Source of the DNA: a virus
Taxonomy: Duplodnaviria; Caudoviricetes
Length of the DNA stretch: 64,000 nt
Virus record (IMG/VR): IMGVR_UViG_3300021387_001709
Location: 96,001-160,000 of that record
Reading direction: 5' to 3' (one strand)
The notes beneath the pieces are model-generated. The model was given only the letters and a program-made list of their open reading frames with translations. It did not search any database and was not told the origin of the DNA. The translations under genes and the position numbers were made by a program. Below, piece by piece: positions 31,339 through 41,349 of the stretch. Position 1 is the stretch's first letter; every line of letters starts with the position of its first letter.

Positions 31339-31671
31339 TTATACCGCCCCCTCAGTGGATAAACCAAATAAATAATCATACAGCTCTTCGGGCGATTTCA
31401 TAGAATGCTTGATACCGTGAGGATCGGTATATTCCTGGTTGGCTTTGCCGTGTCCGTAGTTCTTCTCCAGACAAAACGTAGTCACCGCGTCGAAGTCTGT
31501 ATCTTCTGGAATAAGTAGTTTCAGTAGCTTAAGAACCACCTCATTATTATCCGGTTCAATTAAATAACCGTCCACATTATGTTTTTTGTATAAACTGTTT
31601 TTGGCGTTCTGATAATCATCCACCCGCGCCATTGACTCAATCGCCGCCACAAAATCTGATTTAGTTATCAA
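31339..31671 (-). CDS. hypothetical protein, paralog of 31661-32014
   Basis: Shared FC.E.N(Y/F)G and LYDYL motifs. Confidence 0.7.
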   Translation of the reverse strand: MITKSDFVAAIESMARVDDYQNAKNSLYKKHNVDGYLIEPDNNEVVLKLLKLLIPEDTDFDAVTTFCLEKNYGHGKANQEYTDPHGIKHSMKSPEELYDYLFGLSTEGAV

Positions 31672-32014
31672 TAGTATCTCTCCCCTTATTTTTATCCATC
31701 ATCATTATCAAATAATCATACAAAGCTCCGGCTGTATTAAGCGGATATTCCTCTCCGTCAACAACATTCTTAAATTCGCCGCCATAATACTTACCGAAAT
31801 TCAATTCAAAACAAAACCAACTTATGACTTCCAGTTTGTCATCAAACATCGCTTCAAGAACATCCGCCAGTTTAAACACACAATTTTGCGGACACCAATC
31901 AACATAATATCCATCGGAAAATTCCCGCCCTGCTTCATTGATAGCATCATCAAAACGTATTGTTTGTTCCATAGCAGATATAGTCGCAAGAAAAGCTTCC
32001 TTATTTAATAGCAT
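31661..32014 (-). CDS. hypothetical protein, paralog of 31339-31671
   Basis: Shared motifs. Confidence 0.7.
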   Translation of the reverse strand: MLLNKEAFLATISAMEQTIRFDDAINEAGREFSDGYYVDWCPQNCVFKLADVLEAMFDDKLEVISWFCFELNFGKYYGGEFKNVVDGEEYPLNTAGALYDYLIMMMDKNKGRDTIDN

Positions 32015-32027
32015 GGATAATTCCCCC

Positions 32028-32786
32028 TTACTGATTGTACTTGCGAATCATTGCGCGGACACATCCCCTTACTAAGTCAGCGCCTGAAATTTGAGGGGCA
32101 GTGTTTGGCGTCACCGGTCCGGCTATATTTTCATACACATTAGTAACTACCTTTTTCATTTCGACGTCAGTGAAATTCCCCTTGAGCTTATTACAGGTTG
32201 GGTGTACGGCGCGGAGATTGTCTATATTATTCGTACCGCCGCGAGACAATGGGATTCTATGATCGATAGAGTACTGGAATCTAGATATTGGCTTTCCGCA
32301 AATCTCGCACGTTCCACCGGACCTTCGGAATACTTCTTCTTTGATAGCTTTAGGAATAAGCACACGCTCAGACGAATCCATGCCGGAGAACGTATCAGAA
32401 GTAGGTTTCTTAACAGGGGTAGTTTTTCCCATCTGTTTTACGTGGCGAAATTTGTCATCAATAACGATTCGTAAATCTCGATCTATATAATCCAGCACAG
32501 ATTCCATATGGGAATATGCTTCCTCAGCAGTCGCAAACGCTCGTGCTTTCTTGACGTCATTAACAGTAGTATCATCATTGCTCAAAAACTTCATTCTGGT
32601 AGTAACGACGTAGTCATTACCTTTGGATGAGGTTCTGGTCCTGTACCACATATAGGTATCCGGCGAACGATTGACTGCTCTCTGGGCATCCGCCATCTTC
32701 ATATGAGTGGCTGCAGACGGGGTAGGGGCAAATTGCCCGATTCCCCGCAAAAACTGAATGTTATTAGCTATATAATATTTGCTCAT
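32028..32786 (-). CDS. HNH endonuclease domain protein
   Basis: CEICG...IDHRIPLSRGGTNNIDNL...HPTCNKLKG. Confidence 0.85.
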   Translation of the reverse strand: MSKYYIANNIQFLRGIGQFAPTPSAATHMKMADAQRAVNRSPDTYMWYRTRTSSKGNDYVVTTRMKFLSNDDTTVNDVKKARAFATAEEAYSHMESVLDYIDRDLRIVIDDKFRHVKQMGKTTPVKKPTSDTFSGMDSSERVLIPKAIKEEVFRRSGGTCEICGKPISRFQYSIDHRIPLSRGGTNNIDNLRAVHPTCNKLKGNFTDVEMKKVVTNVYENIAGPVTPNTAPQISGADLVRGCVRAMIRKYNQ

Positions 32787-32801
32787 TGTAATCATCCCTC
32801 C

Positions 32802-33848
32802 TTACTTCGCCGCTGCAAGTTCCTGAAGCGCATTTACCAAGTTCGGAAATTTACTAACCGCGAACCATACGTTGCATCTATCAATGTTGAACTCATCATG
32901 AATCTGAGAAACAATATCTGCCTCACTCATATTTGTAGCTTGCAAAATCTGGCGAAGAATTTTACGGTACTGAACTCCGGACGGACGAGAAGCACCGGTA
33001 ATTTTTTTGATCAGCGCAGAAATGTCGCCGGGACATCTGTGGGATTCTGCATAGCTTACTTTCGGCGCTTTCGCTTTAATACCTTCTACAGATTTAACAT
33101 AATTCTTATAGTGAATATTATTGATACGTTTCTCCACACTAAGACGAAGAGCGTCAGAGTTCGCACACATCTTGATAATATCTGCGGTAGAATCAATCTT
33201 TTTATACTGGGAGAGAAGCTCCCCCACATCATAATGATCGACCCTTTTCATGTCAGAATAAAGAATCTCATAGAATTCATCGGTAGTTTTGCAACCGGTT
33301 TCCAGACACTTTGTGCAAGCAATCCCATCAATCCTTTTAATCCACATAGTTTTATCATTTTCATCAAAGGTGGAGTAGAATAACCCGTTAACATCTATGG
33401 GCTTATTAGCTGATGAAAATGCTTTTTCAGTTTTGGCAGCATTCACATAGATAGCCTTGGCGATAGTGTCTGAAGCGGTTTTGTTTGATTCAACAAGCTT
33501 ATTAAGCGCTAATTCCTGATGCTTCTGAGAAAAACATAAATCCTGGACGCACTTAGCGATATCAGCATTTGATTTCGCAAAGGTACTTATCCCGTCGGCA
33601 ATTCTATTAAATGCATTAGTCTGGTGTCCAAGAACAAGCATCATGTCCTGTATATTCTCCGAAAATTTTTTTAATTCAGATACTGTTGAGTTAAGAGATT
33701 TGATTGCTTCTTTTGTCTGAGTGAGTAATTCAATAACGGCATTCTTTTCCGGGACTCCCAAAATCTCGCGGAATGTAGCAAGTTCATCATGAGTAAGAGA
33801 AGAAGCAGCAGTAGTCGCCGGTGTGAAGGTGCTTTCAGTTGTGCTCAT
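32802..33848 (-). CDS. coiled-coil hypothetical protein
   Basis: 348-aa ORF, RBS GGAGG. Confidence 0.7.
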   Translation of the reverse strand: MSTTESTFTPATTAASSLTHDELATFREILGVPEKNAVIELLTQTKEAIKSLNSTVSELKKFSENIQDMMLVLGHQTNAFNRIADGISTFAKSNADIAKCVQDLCFSQKHQELALNKLVESNKTASDTIAKAIYVNAAKTEKAFSSANKPIDVNGLFYSTFDENDKTMWIKRIDGIACTKCLETGCKTTDEFYEILYSDMKRVDHYDVGELLSQYKKIDSTADIIKMCANSDALRLSVEKRINNIHYKNYVKSVEGIKAKAPKVSYAESHRCPGDISALIKKITGASRPSGVQYRKILRQILQATNMSEADIVSQIHDEFNIDRCNVWFAVSKFPNLVNALQELAAAK

Positions 33849-33895
33849 AGTATTCCTCCAAATTTAATAAATAATTAATTACATATAGTTGTTAG

Positions 33896-34966
33896 TTACT
33901 CAACATCAATTATAGTAGGTGCTTTAAAACGCTTAAGAACGTCCTCCGCAGCGCAAATAACTTTAGTGCAAGCGTCGATTATATGGGTGCCGCATAAATT
34001 GTCTTGATTGTTAATAATCAAATCATCATAAAGCATTGGGGCAAGAACTGTGTCTATGTAGGTCTTAGTTGCTTGCCAGAAGGTATACGCAACGTTGGCA
34101 TCGCGACCCTCTGCAGATGTACTGCGACTACGTAGAATTTCAACTTCCTTTTTATAAGTAGCTAATTCGCTGCGAAGGTATTCAATTTCATTAGATGAAG
34201 CACTAGATTGATTATAAGAATTCACAGATTCTAATGCCGCAATTTTAGATTCCATTTCTTTTATCTGAGAATTTTTTAAATTGGATTCTTCTTGTAATTT
34301 TTTTATTTTTTCTTCGGCTTGTCTTTGAGATATGTAGGTACCGTCCGTAATAAGTTCGCCAGCTAATTTTTTCTGTTGATCCTGTGGCAGCTGCCTCATA
34401 ATCGCAAGAGCCGTAGTAGAGGTTATAACTCCGGTAGTAATAAGTTCCTCAATTTCGGGGATAGCATCCGCGAGTTTCTTATAATTATGATATGAAGGAA
34501 TAGACATATTATATTCTTCGGCAAGTTCCTTTTGAGTTTTTGAGGACTTATAATTATTAGAAGTCCCCGATATCTGATTATTCCCATGGTGAATTCCATA
34601 ATATCCTTCAAGGAATTTCAAACACTTGCCTAACTTAATAGGATTATTATTCCCTGATACTCGCTGTTTGAGATTTGATTCGATCAAATCCTTTACGTCT
34701 TTTGGATAATCGCCCCCGAGTTCTTCGTCTGAATATGTTATACGAATATATGGAATGGAGGCAATTCCCAAAATTTCGCATGCCCGGACACGTTGATGCC
34801 CAGAGATTATCACATTGTTATTATCTATAGTTATTGCGTTAGTAATCCCGGAAGTTTTTATAGATTGCAAAAAGTCTTCCCAGTTGTCGCCGGTGATATC
34901 ATCAAAGTAGTAGCTGTTTAGTGGATGTGGTGTGAGCAAAGTAATGGGGATTAGTTCGGCGCTCAT
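33896..34966 (-). CDS. ParB/Srx N-terminal domain protein with HTH
   Basis: LTPHPLN, IISGHQRVRAC, IESNLKQR, TQKELAEEY. Confidence 0.85.
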   Translation of the reverse strand: MSAELIPITLLTPHPLNSYYFDDITGDNWEDFLQSIKTSGITNAITIDNNNVIISGHQRVRACEILGIASIPYIRITYSDEELGGDYPKDVKDLIESNLKQRVSGNNNPIKLGKCLKFLEGYYGIHHGNNQISGTSNNYKSSKTQKELAEEYNMSIPSYHNYKKLADAIPEIEELITTGVITSTTALAIMRQLPQDQQKKLAGELITDGTYISQRQAEEKIKKLQEESNLKNSQIKEMESKIAALESVNSYNQSSASSNEIEYLRSELATYKKEVEILRSRSTSAEGRDANVAYTFWQATKTYIDTVLAPMLYDDLIINNQDNLCGTHIIDACTKVICAAEDVLKRFKAPTIIDVE

Positions 34967-35016
34967 AATATATTCCTTCCTAATGATAATACGGAATTTA
35001 ATAATTAATTAGTCGG

Positions 35017-35067
35017 TTATATTTGCTACTAATACGGCGGTGGCAGTTGATAGCGGAAAATTCTCAT
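35017..35067 (-). CDS. candidate leader peptide MRIFRYQLPPPY(TAG)(TAG)QI
   Basis: AGGAGG RBS 8 nt before ATG, between promoter and ParB gene. Confidence 0.55.
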
Positions 35068-35105
35068 AGTTGGTACCTCCTGGCTAAAATTATCTCGGTA
35101 GGTTA

Positions 35106-35134
35106 ACTATAGCATAGCGATTTACTTATGTCAA
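35106..35134 (-). promoter_or_regulatory. sigmaA promoter
   Basis: TTGACA-17-TATAGT with extended TG. Confidence 0.75.
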
Positions 35135-35319
35135 GCGGATTTAATAAATAATCATAAGATAATAAACCGCCGGATGTGAAAGTGTGAAAAATCGAGGGTA
35201 TTTTGGAACGATTTGTCACATATGTGCTAAAATAAGCACAAATTCACATGAGCCAATTTATACTACCATGTCCAAAAAATTCCAAATTTAGCACATGTGT
35301 TACTGTGAGGGAACACCAC

Positions 35320-36561
35320 TTAGTTAGCGATGGCGCTAACTTCATCAATCCAGGCTATTAACAGTTCCCTCATTCGGCGACTGGGAATATAAATCCAAAT
35401 TTCTTTACCGTCTCGAATTGCCGATCTCCAAATCCACTGTAGCATTTCGGAAAGTGCATAGCCGTCTTCATCAACAGTAACGCCATTCATAGTGAAGTAA
35501 TTTTTAATAAACACATTAATATACTTATTAATAGGATAAGCAATCACGTTACGATCTCTGTAGTCATTTGTTGCTCTTAAATTACTCGGGATATATCCGC
35601 GCCCATAACCTTTGCCGGAAATATACTTTTTGTAATCCTTGAAACAAGTCCATAAATTATTAGAAGTCGGCGACTTCATAATATTATGGAAGTAATTAAA
35701 CATATTGTCCTTAAGTCGTTTTATAACCACATTCTCGGATTGGCAATTTCGCATATACCAACTTTTGCTTAGATCAGTGTCTAGATTGCCGATCGCATTC
35801 AGCTTGGCGTTATCACATATATGGATGAGTGATTTATAATCGGTAGTTAATACTGTATCTTCCGGAGTAGCGGAAAATCTATAATTGCTTACATCATCTC
35901 CATTTACATACAAATAGGAATATTCTAACTCATAATAATCATAGTAATACTTTTGGATTTGCGCTTCAAACATATAAGTGAGTATATATATTTTGTTAAA
36001 CGCATTAAATGCCTGGATTGGGAATAGCCATACAACAATTTCATCATCATATTTTGCCAGACAGCCGAGATCACACAGCCTTTTTTCTTTGGAAAATTTT
36101 CCGCCGTTATAATTTTTCTTGGACGGTTTCCAATTAAGAAGTCTGGTGGTAGGATCTACATCTACATATTTTTCTAGCAATGTAGCGGCATCGTCGGATT
36201 TTATATCATATTTTTCCACTACGTTACTTACTTCGTCCATAATTAATGTATAGTTCTGGCTTCGGCAAATATCAATCAGCTCCTGATCAAACAAACTAAA
36301 CAACGCGTGAGTGGAAGCAATATTTTTACCGCGATTCATCAACATTTTGAGGTGGCGGGTCTTGGTGCCGTATTTATCCTCCGGCATTACAAAATTTTTA
36401 TCTCGGCAGCTCGGAATTATACGTTCGTTAATTTCCTGGAGATATGGAGTAATATATAGGTATCTTTCGTCATCATGGGAATTAATATAGTTTATTGCCG
36501 CCCAGGATTTACCTCGTCCCATTATCTCATCAACAACAAATACTTCACAATTATACTTCAT
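35320..36561 (-). CDS. superfamily 2 helicase-like protein (SPbeta YonV-like)
   Basis: VDEIMGRGKS, YITPY, THALF, LIMDEV, LQWIWRSAIR. Confidence 0.78.
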   Translation of the reverse strand: MKYNCEVFVVDEIMGRGKSWAAINYINSHDDERYLYITPYLQEINERIIPSCRDKNFVMPEDKYGTKTRHLKMLMNRGKNIASTHALFSLFDQELIDICRSQNYTLIMDEVSNVVEKYDIKSDDAATLLEKYVDVDPTTRLLNWKPSKKNYNGGKFSKEKRLCDLGCLAKYDDEIVVWLFPIQAFNAFNKIYILTYMFEAQIQKYYYDYYELEYSYLYVNGDDVSNYRFSATPEDTVLTTDYKSLIHICDNAKLNAIGNLDTDLSKSWYMRNCQSENVVIKRLKDNMFNYFHNIMKSPTSNNLWTCFKDYKKYISGKGYGRGYIPSNLRATNDYRDRNVIAYPINKYINVFIKNYFTMNGVTVDEDGYALSEMLQWIWRSAIRDGKEIWIYIPSRRMRELLIAWIDEVSAIAN

Positions 36562-36574
36562 AATTTCCTCCTAA

Positions 36575-36810
36575 TAATTTTAACACCTTTTCGCGCAGAA
36601 TTCATGATTTTGTAGGTTGTACCTACGGTAAAGTTAATTTTAACACCTTTTTTATACCTTTTCTTTTAAGGGGGCAGAATTTTTTTTGTAGGAAAACACT
36701 GGAAAAAAATGATGCGAAAAACCCATTTTAACACCTTTATACCCATGTAATTTTTTATTATTGCATTTTGAACCAGTATTTATCTGGTTTAAAAGTAACA
36801 CCAAAGGTGT
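36575..36810 (+). repeat. iteron-like direct repeats ATTTTAACACCTTT
   Basis: TAATTTTAACACCTTTT at 36575 and 36635, ATTTTAACACCTTT at 36725, TAACACCAAAGGTGT at 36796. Confidence 0.6.
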
Positions 36811-36963
36811 GAATATCCCCAAAAGCAATAAACGAAATTTTTAAGTCAGTGTTTTACTGGGTTTGAAATTCAAATCCTTATAAGTGGGGTGTCAAAAAGC
36901 AATAAATAAAAAAAACAGCATAGAGATATTCCATAACTGGTAAAATGATTATTTATTAAATGG

Positions 36964-36992
36964 AGTATACCGGAAGGATTGTGTTCTGTCAA
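36964..36992 (-). promoter_or_regulatory. sigmaA promoter flanked by two operator-like 14-mers
   Basis: TTGACA-17-TATACT; motifs at 36947 and 36994. Confidence 0.7.
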
Positions 36993-37239
36993 TAGTTAAT
37001 TATTAAATGTAAGAAGATAAAGTATGTATTCTATCGAAGATACGCTTAGCTCGGCTGATTCTAATGAAGTTTATTATTCTAGGTTGGGCCTCGCTGCAAG
37101 TTGTGTCTGCGACGCTTCGCTGCAGTCAAACTTGCGAATATAATCTTTTTATTGATATTTAGAGATTAATTCTAAATAAAGTACGGATCTTGATTTCTCG
37201 CAATAAAGATTATGACTAACCACTAGGTTTTCTTACGTA

Positions 37240-37760
37240 ATTAGGTACGTGGGTTTATTAGCTGAGGAATGTGGATGTGGGTGTTGATTAGCTGCGGGGA
37301 TTTTGCTGGGCGGGAGGTATGGGGGTTGGTTATCCGCAATTAGGCTGTGAGCGGGCGCATACCGGGCTTTATCCGCACCACGGATGGTATTGGCGCCCCT
37401 TGTGGGGTGGTATGGGTGAAATATTGGATCAATATATTATTTGCTGTAATGGTGGGGAGTAGAGCAGATATATTAGGTGATTGAGGTACTATCCGGATGT
37501 GGAAGGTAATGGGGGGAGATAATGTTGGAGGCAATATGGGAGGATTACCAAACTCGAGGATTTATATGTGGTCAGTTATTATATGAGGAGAAAAATAAGT
37601 GAGTAAATTATTGGATCGGTAGTGCTGGATTTATTTTGGGGGTGTGGGGTGGGACGATATTGGGGGCGATGAGGGTTGGTGATGGGATGAATGATGGTAT
37701 GTTAGAGATTTATTGGGGTTGGATTTTTTGGGTAGTGTGTTAGTGAAGTAGCATCCCCTC
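37240..37760 (+). other. strongly G/T-skewed non-coding tract at the strand switch
   Basis: G-run clusters and few C on plus strand; no credible ORF. Confidence 0.6.
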
Positions 37761-37827
37761 TGCCAGGCGGATTTGAGCGAAAAAATGCTGAAAAATGGGG
37801 CAGTTTTTGCCAAAAAATAACTATTTA

Positions 37828-37910
37828 TTGACAAAATCACTTGACAGTTATACCATTTGACCATAGTCAACGGCGACTGTCGCCGGGGGCTATGCGGTAC
37901 CTTGACAATA
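37828..37910 (+). promoter_or_regulatory. early sigmaA promoter followed by boxB/boxA-like elements
   Basis: TTGACA-17-TACCAT; hairpin CGGCGA-CTG-TCGCCG; GTACCTTGACAATA. Confidence 0.55.
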
Positions 37911-38134
37911 AAGCACGACGACGACGGAAACAAGCCGGACGCAAGGCGACGGCGAGTTATTCCATTTATGGTGATTCTGTGAACGCCTGGACCGTTCGAC
38001 CTAGTGCGGAATATCGTTAGTTTTCACCAGTGGTGAAGACATTAGGACTTTTTCCGGGATTAGCACCTAAAACCATTATTTAGATGTTAATCCGGGGAAA
38101 AGTCCCGGCTATTAAAGAAAGAGAGGAAAAAGCT

Positions 38135-38827
38135 ATGTTAAAACTTAAAGCTATCGAAACAAAAGAGGGTAAAACCTACAGCGTTGAAAGAATCGGATTC
38201 ATTATTCCGAATTACATCGACTTAGACCAAGCCGATGATTTCAGAAGTGGAGTTTTTTCTGTATCCGATAATTATCTTGTTTCCGGTTTGACGCCTACTA
38301 AAAGTAAGGACGAGTGGACAGACGAGGACAAAGAGAACGTCGAAAAAGTCCATGCAATCACAGATAGCCCATTGTATACGGATTCTAATGTAGTATTTTA
38401 TGGTAGAGCGCAAAAGGCTTTTGCAATCGGTTTAAAGCATATCAGATGCACAGCTGTCCCGGAAGAGTTCGCCACAGTTTTTGACCATGCCGTCAAGTAT
38501 GCTAGAAAGTACATTAGCATTACAGAGTGGGACGACGACCGGAAAACAGAGTTCAACGACATTCGAAAAGAGTGTGTCGCAGCTTTTGATACTATCTTTG
38601 ATGGATATATCAAAGATGGGTTTGCACTGAAACTTTCTAGCAAGTCGCTTAATGTGTTCTTAAACAGCATTATCACCTTTAAGAACACAACCGGAAAGAG
38701 TAAAGAGACAGCGACGACGTACAAAGTCGCCGATATCTATACGGCATTTGTTAGCTATATGCAGATGATTAACACCAACACCGGAGTATTCCGGGAGAAA
38801 AAGGTCAAGACAATAAATGTATTTTAA
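38135..38827 (+). CDS. first early hypothetical protein
   Basis: RBS GAGG, followed by terminator. Confidence 0.75.
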   Translation: MLKLKAIETKEGKTYSVERIGFIIPNYIDLDQADDFRSGVFSVSDNYLVSGLTPTKSKDEWTDEDKENVEKVHAITDSPLYTDSNVVFYGRAQKAFAIGLKHIRCTAVPEEFATVFDHAVKYARKYISITEWDDDRKTEFNDIRKECVAAFDTIFDGYIKDGFALKLSSKSLNVFLNSIITFKNTTGKSKETATTYKVADIYTAFVSYMQMINTNTGVFREKKVKTINVF

Positions 38828-38828
38828 T

Positions 38829-38868
38829 CAAAAGCCCCCGGCTTTAGCCGGTCGGGGGCTTTTTTTAT
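38829..38868 (+). terminator. intrinsic terminator
   Basis: AAAAGCCCCCGGC...GTCGGGGGCTTTTTT. Confidence 0.75.
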
Positions 38869-38962
38869 TGCATGAACAAAGAACCGGACGCCGGGCAGGC
38901 GTTAAACCCCGGTTCTTTTTTGATGCAATAAAACTGTTATCAATGAGAGGAGATATAAAACC

Positions 38963-39649
38963 ATGAAACCATGTAATCAGACTCGCGACTGGAGTGTAAC
39001 CATTTTCGGCGAAACGCTCCCGAGGTATGAATTTTACGGCAAGATCAACAACATTACATACCGGGCGGATTATTTCACCGGGCGCCTTTTAATCCGTGAC
39101 ACCAAACACAACACCTGGAAACCGTCCACACTTGACAAGAACGCCCGTATCTATAATGCTGTGAAAGCGTACATTGTCGAAAACGGACTTCTCGGCGATC
39201 ACGTCGAAATCTGCCATCATCGCCAAGCCGAGAAAAAAGAAGCGTTCTATCGCACTAAAACATTTGAACGCCGGCGTCGTGTTGAACGTGACCGGGAAAT
39301 TATGGAATCCGCGCCGGTAATGCGCAAGGCGACAATCAGCGCATTTGGAGCAGCAGCGCACGATTATGACGGCAGTCGTCGCCGTGTCGCAGTTGAAACA
39401 GACCACATATTTGAACTTGGCGGATACCGTGGGATATCCGCAGACGAGCGAGATCGTGGATATGCACAGCCCTTCGAAATGGGGCAGAATACATCCGGTA
39501 CAGCCGGCGAATATACACGTTCCGGATTTGAAACCCGGGACGGAATGAAGATCGCCCAGAATAAAATCAGACCGGAGAAAAAGCCGGTCAAACGGGAAAA
39601 GTTAATAATTAGGGTAAACGGCAAAATCGTTTACCATGAGGAAAACTAA
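38963..39649 (+). CDS. hypothetical protein
   Basis: RBS GAGGAG. Confidence 0.75.
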   Translation: MKPCNQTRDWSVTIFGETLPRYEFYGKINNITYRADYFTGRLLIRDTKHNTWKPSTLDKNARIYNAVKAYIVENGLLGDHVEICHHRQAEKKEAFYRTKTFERRRRVERDREIMESAPVMRKATISAFGAAAHDYDGSRRRVAVETDHIFELGGYRGISADERDRGYAQPFEMGQNTSGTAGEYTRSGFETRDGMKIAQNKIRPEKKPVKREKLIIRVNGKIVYHEEN

Positions 39650-39653
39650 TAAC

Positions 39654-39690
39654 AAGCGGTTACTCATTCCGGTGAGTAGCCGCTTTTTTA
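39654..39690 (+). terminator. intrinsic terminator
   Basis: AAGCGGTTACTCA...TGAGTAGCCGCTTTTTT. Confidence 0.7.
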
Positions 39691-39744
39691 TGCCCAAATA
39701 AACGAGGTAAAAAATGATAAAAAATAATTTATATGCCCTTTTTA

Positions 39745-40115
39745 CCAAAAGCGCACACGCCACAAGTGCGCAATAACATAAATAGTGTGTGGTGGGTTTG
39801 TGAGCGTACCAAACGCCACACTTGTTATCACACGCAAGTTATCCCGGGGTAGGTATCCCTTGGAGTGTGTCGTGGTGGTTTCATGCAATATTAACCCGTC
39901 GGTCCGGTAAACCGATGAAATTAGCCACAAACCGGAACTACCAAGTCCGGTTAATAGTGTTGGGCGGTCGCCTTGTGTAGGTATGCATACACGAGGATTC
40001 CCAGAACGTGGATTAGCTACCCACGGGGTAAACGACCGTCTTTTTTCATGGAGAAAAGTGGCTTTGATTATCCACGTAGTAGGACTCGCGCCGGGTTCAA
40101 TCCCCGGGCGTGGAT
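39745..40115 (+). ncRNA. candidate structured RNA ending in a tRNA-like minihelix
   Basis: Serial hairpins; ATCCACG/CGTGGAT stacked on CCGGG-TTCAATC-CCCGG at 40070-40115. Confidence 0.4.
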
Positions 40116-40154
40116 TTTGTAACACGTCAACAAATTTTTACGGGAGGTAAGATT

Positions 40155-40463
40155 ATGAATTTTAATGTCAAAGATATCTACGTTGTGGGGTACTCGTATA
40201 TTCACGAGGACGGCGAAATTGTAACCGGGGAACTTGTTGTTTTTGAGCGTGATAATGCGCTAAAGGTAGCAGAGGGCAAATGGGATAGACTCGAAGATTC
40301 CGATTATGCCCATGTAATAGTTCGTCCCGGCAGACCAGATGCCAACGGGATTATTGTGGAATGTACCGAAGACGACCCGATCTTTAACCGAGAGACCGAG
40401 TATGAGGACATATCCCGGGATGATTTTTGGGATGATGACGCGGAGTATGAACTCGCGGACTAA
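40155..40463 (+). CDS. hypothetical protein
   Basis: RBS GGAGG. Confidence 0.7.
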   Translation: MNFNVKDIYVVGYSYIHEDGEIVTGELVVFERDNALKVAEGKWDRLEDSDYAHVIVRPGRPDANGIIVECTEDDPIFNRETEYEDISRDDFWDDDAEYELAD

Positions 40464-40583
40464 CTGTCCCTATCTGCCTATGTGCAGATACCAGACCGTG
40501 AACACGTTCATGATTTGGTATGTGCGCATAGTCCGTAACCGCAAGGTTACCCTATGAATAATGCACAGAAAGAAGGTGAGATT

Positions 40584-40760
40584 ATGCTCACCCTTCAACA
40601 GCTAAAGGACGGGACATTCCGGCTTACCCTGGACCTCACCGTCGGCAATAACCACATCCACAAGGTGTGGTACTTCGCCGAGGTCGAACCGGGGGATTTA
40701 TCCGCTGCAGAACCCGACCAACACGGTCAAGGATTCCGCTTTAGGATAGTCGTCGAGTAA
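40584..40760 (+). CDS. hypothetical protein
   Basis: RBS AAGGTG. Confidence 0.55.
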   Translation: MLTLQQLKDGTFRLTLDLTVGNNHIHKVWYFAEVEPGDLSAAEPDQHGQGFRFRIVVE

Positions 40761-40975
40761 GTCCGTCCAAACCGGGGAGTGTGGGAGCAATCTTGCACTC
40801 CCTCGCTGTTGATAAACGTAACTAGGTAACCACCCTGTCCGCATACCGGTATCGCCGCTCATGGATTAGCTACGTGCAATCTGTGGGTGTGTTGGGGTTA
40901 TGCGAGGGGAACGGCAACCCGTTAACGACACGGATAAACCGTATCTTTTTTGATGCTCAGAAAGAGGTGGTTATC

Positions 40976-41110
40976 ATGAGCATTTTTAGGCGAAAATATT
41001 TCGTGACTGACATCTCCGTAGGTCGATATGAAACCCGAAAATTATCTCGGGAAGAGGTTGAAAACCTTCGCAACCTGGGATACATTGTGGAGCCGATTCG
41101 CCACGAGTAA
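40976..41110 (+). CDS. hypothetical protein
   Basis: RBS GAGGTG. Confidence 0.55.
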   Translation: MSIFRRKYFVTDISVGRYETRKLSREEVENLRNLGYIVEPIRHE

Positions 41111-41145
41111 GGCTCGCATCCTCATAGAACAGGAGGCGTGTATGT

Positions 41146-41349
41146 ATGAGGATAACGATGAACGAGTTTGAAACTCTCAAACTCGGAGAGTGCGAGAATG
41201 CACTTTATAACCGCATTGCTCGGAAATTCCGGGCGATGCTCCCGGAGACAATGTGTAACAAGCTCTTGGAGAGGTTCTGGAGTTATACACTCCGGGAATT
41301 ATCCTGCAACAGCATGGTCAATATCATGGATTGTTTCGTCATAATTTGA
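41146..41349 (+). CDS. hypothetical protein
   Basis: RBS AGGAGG. Confidence 0.6.
   Translation: MRITMNEFETLKLGECENALYNRIARKFRAMLPETMCNKLLERFWSYTLRELSCNSMVNIMDCFVII

Noticed and set aside
5043-33383. Plus-strand ORFs in the left arm (e.g. 12734-13405, 13176-13817, 32703-33383)
   Set aside because: Antisense shadows of real minus-strand genes, without RBSs or motifs
37340-37933. Pro/His-rich minus-strand ORFs
   Set aside because: By-product of the G-rich skew
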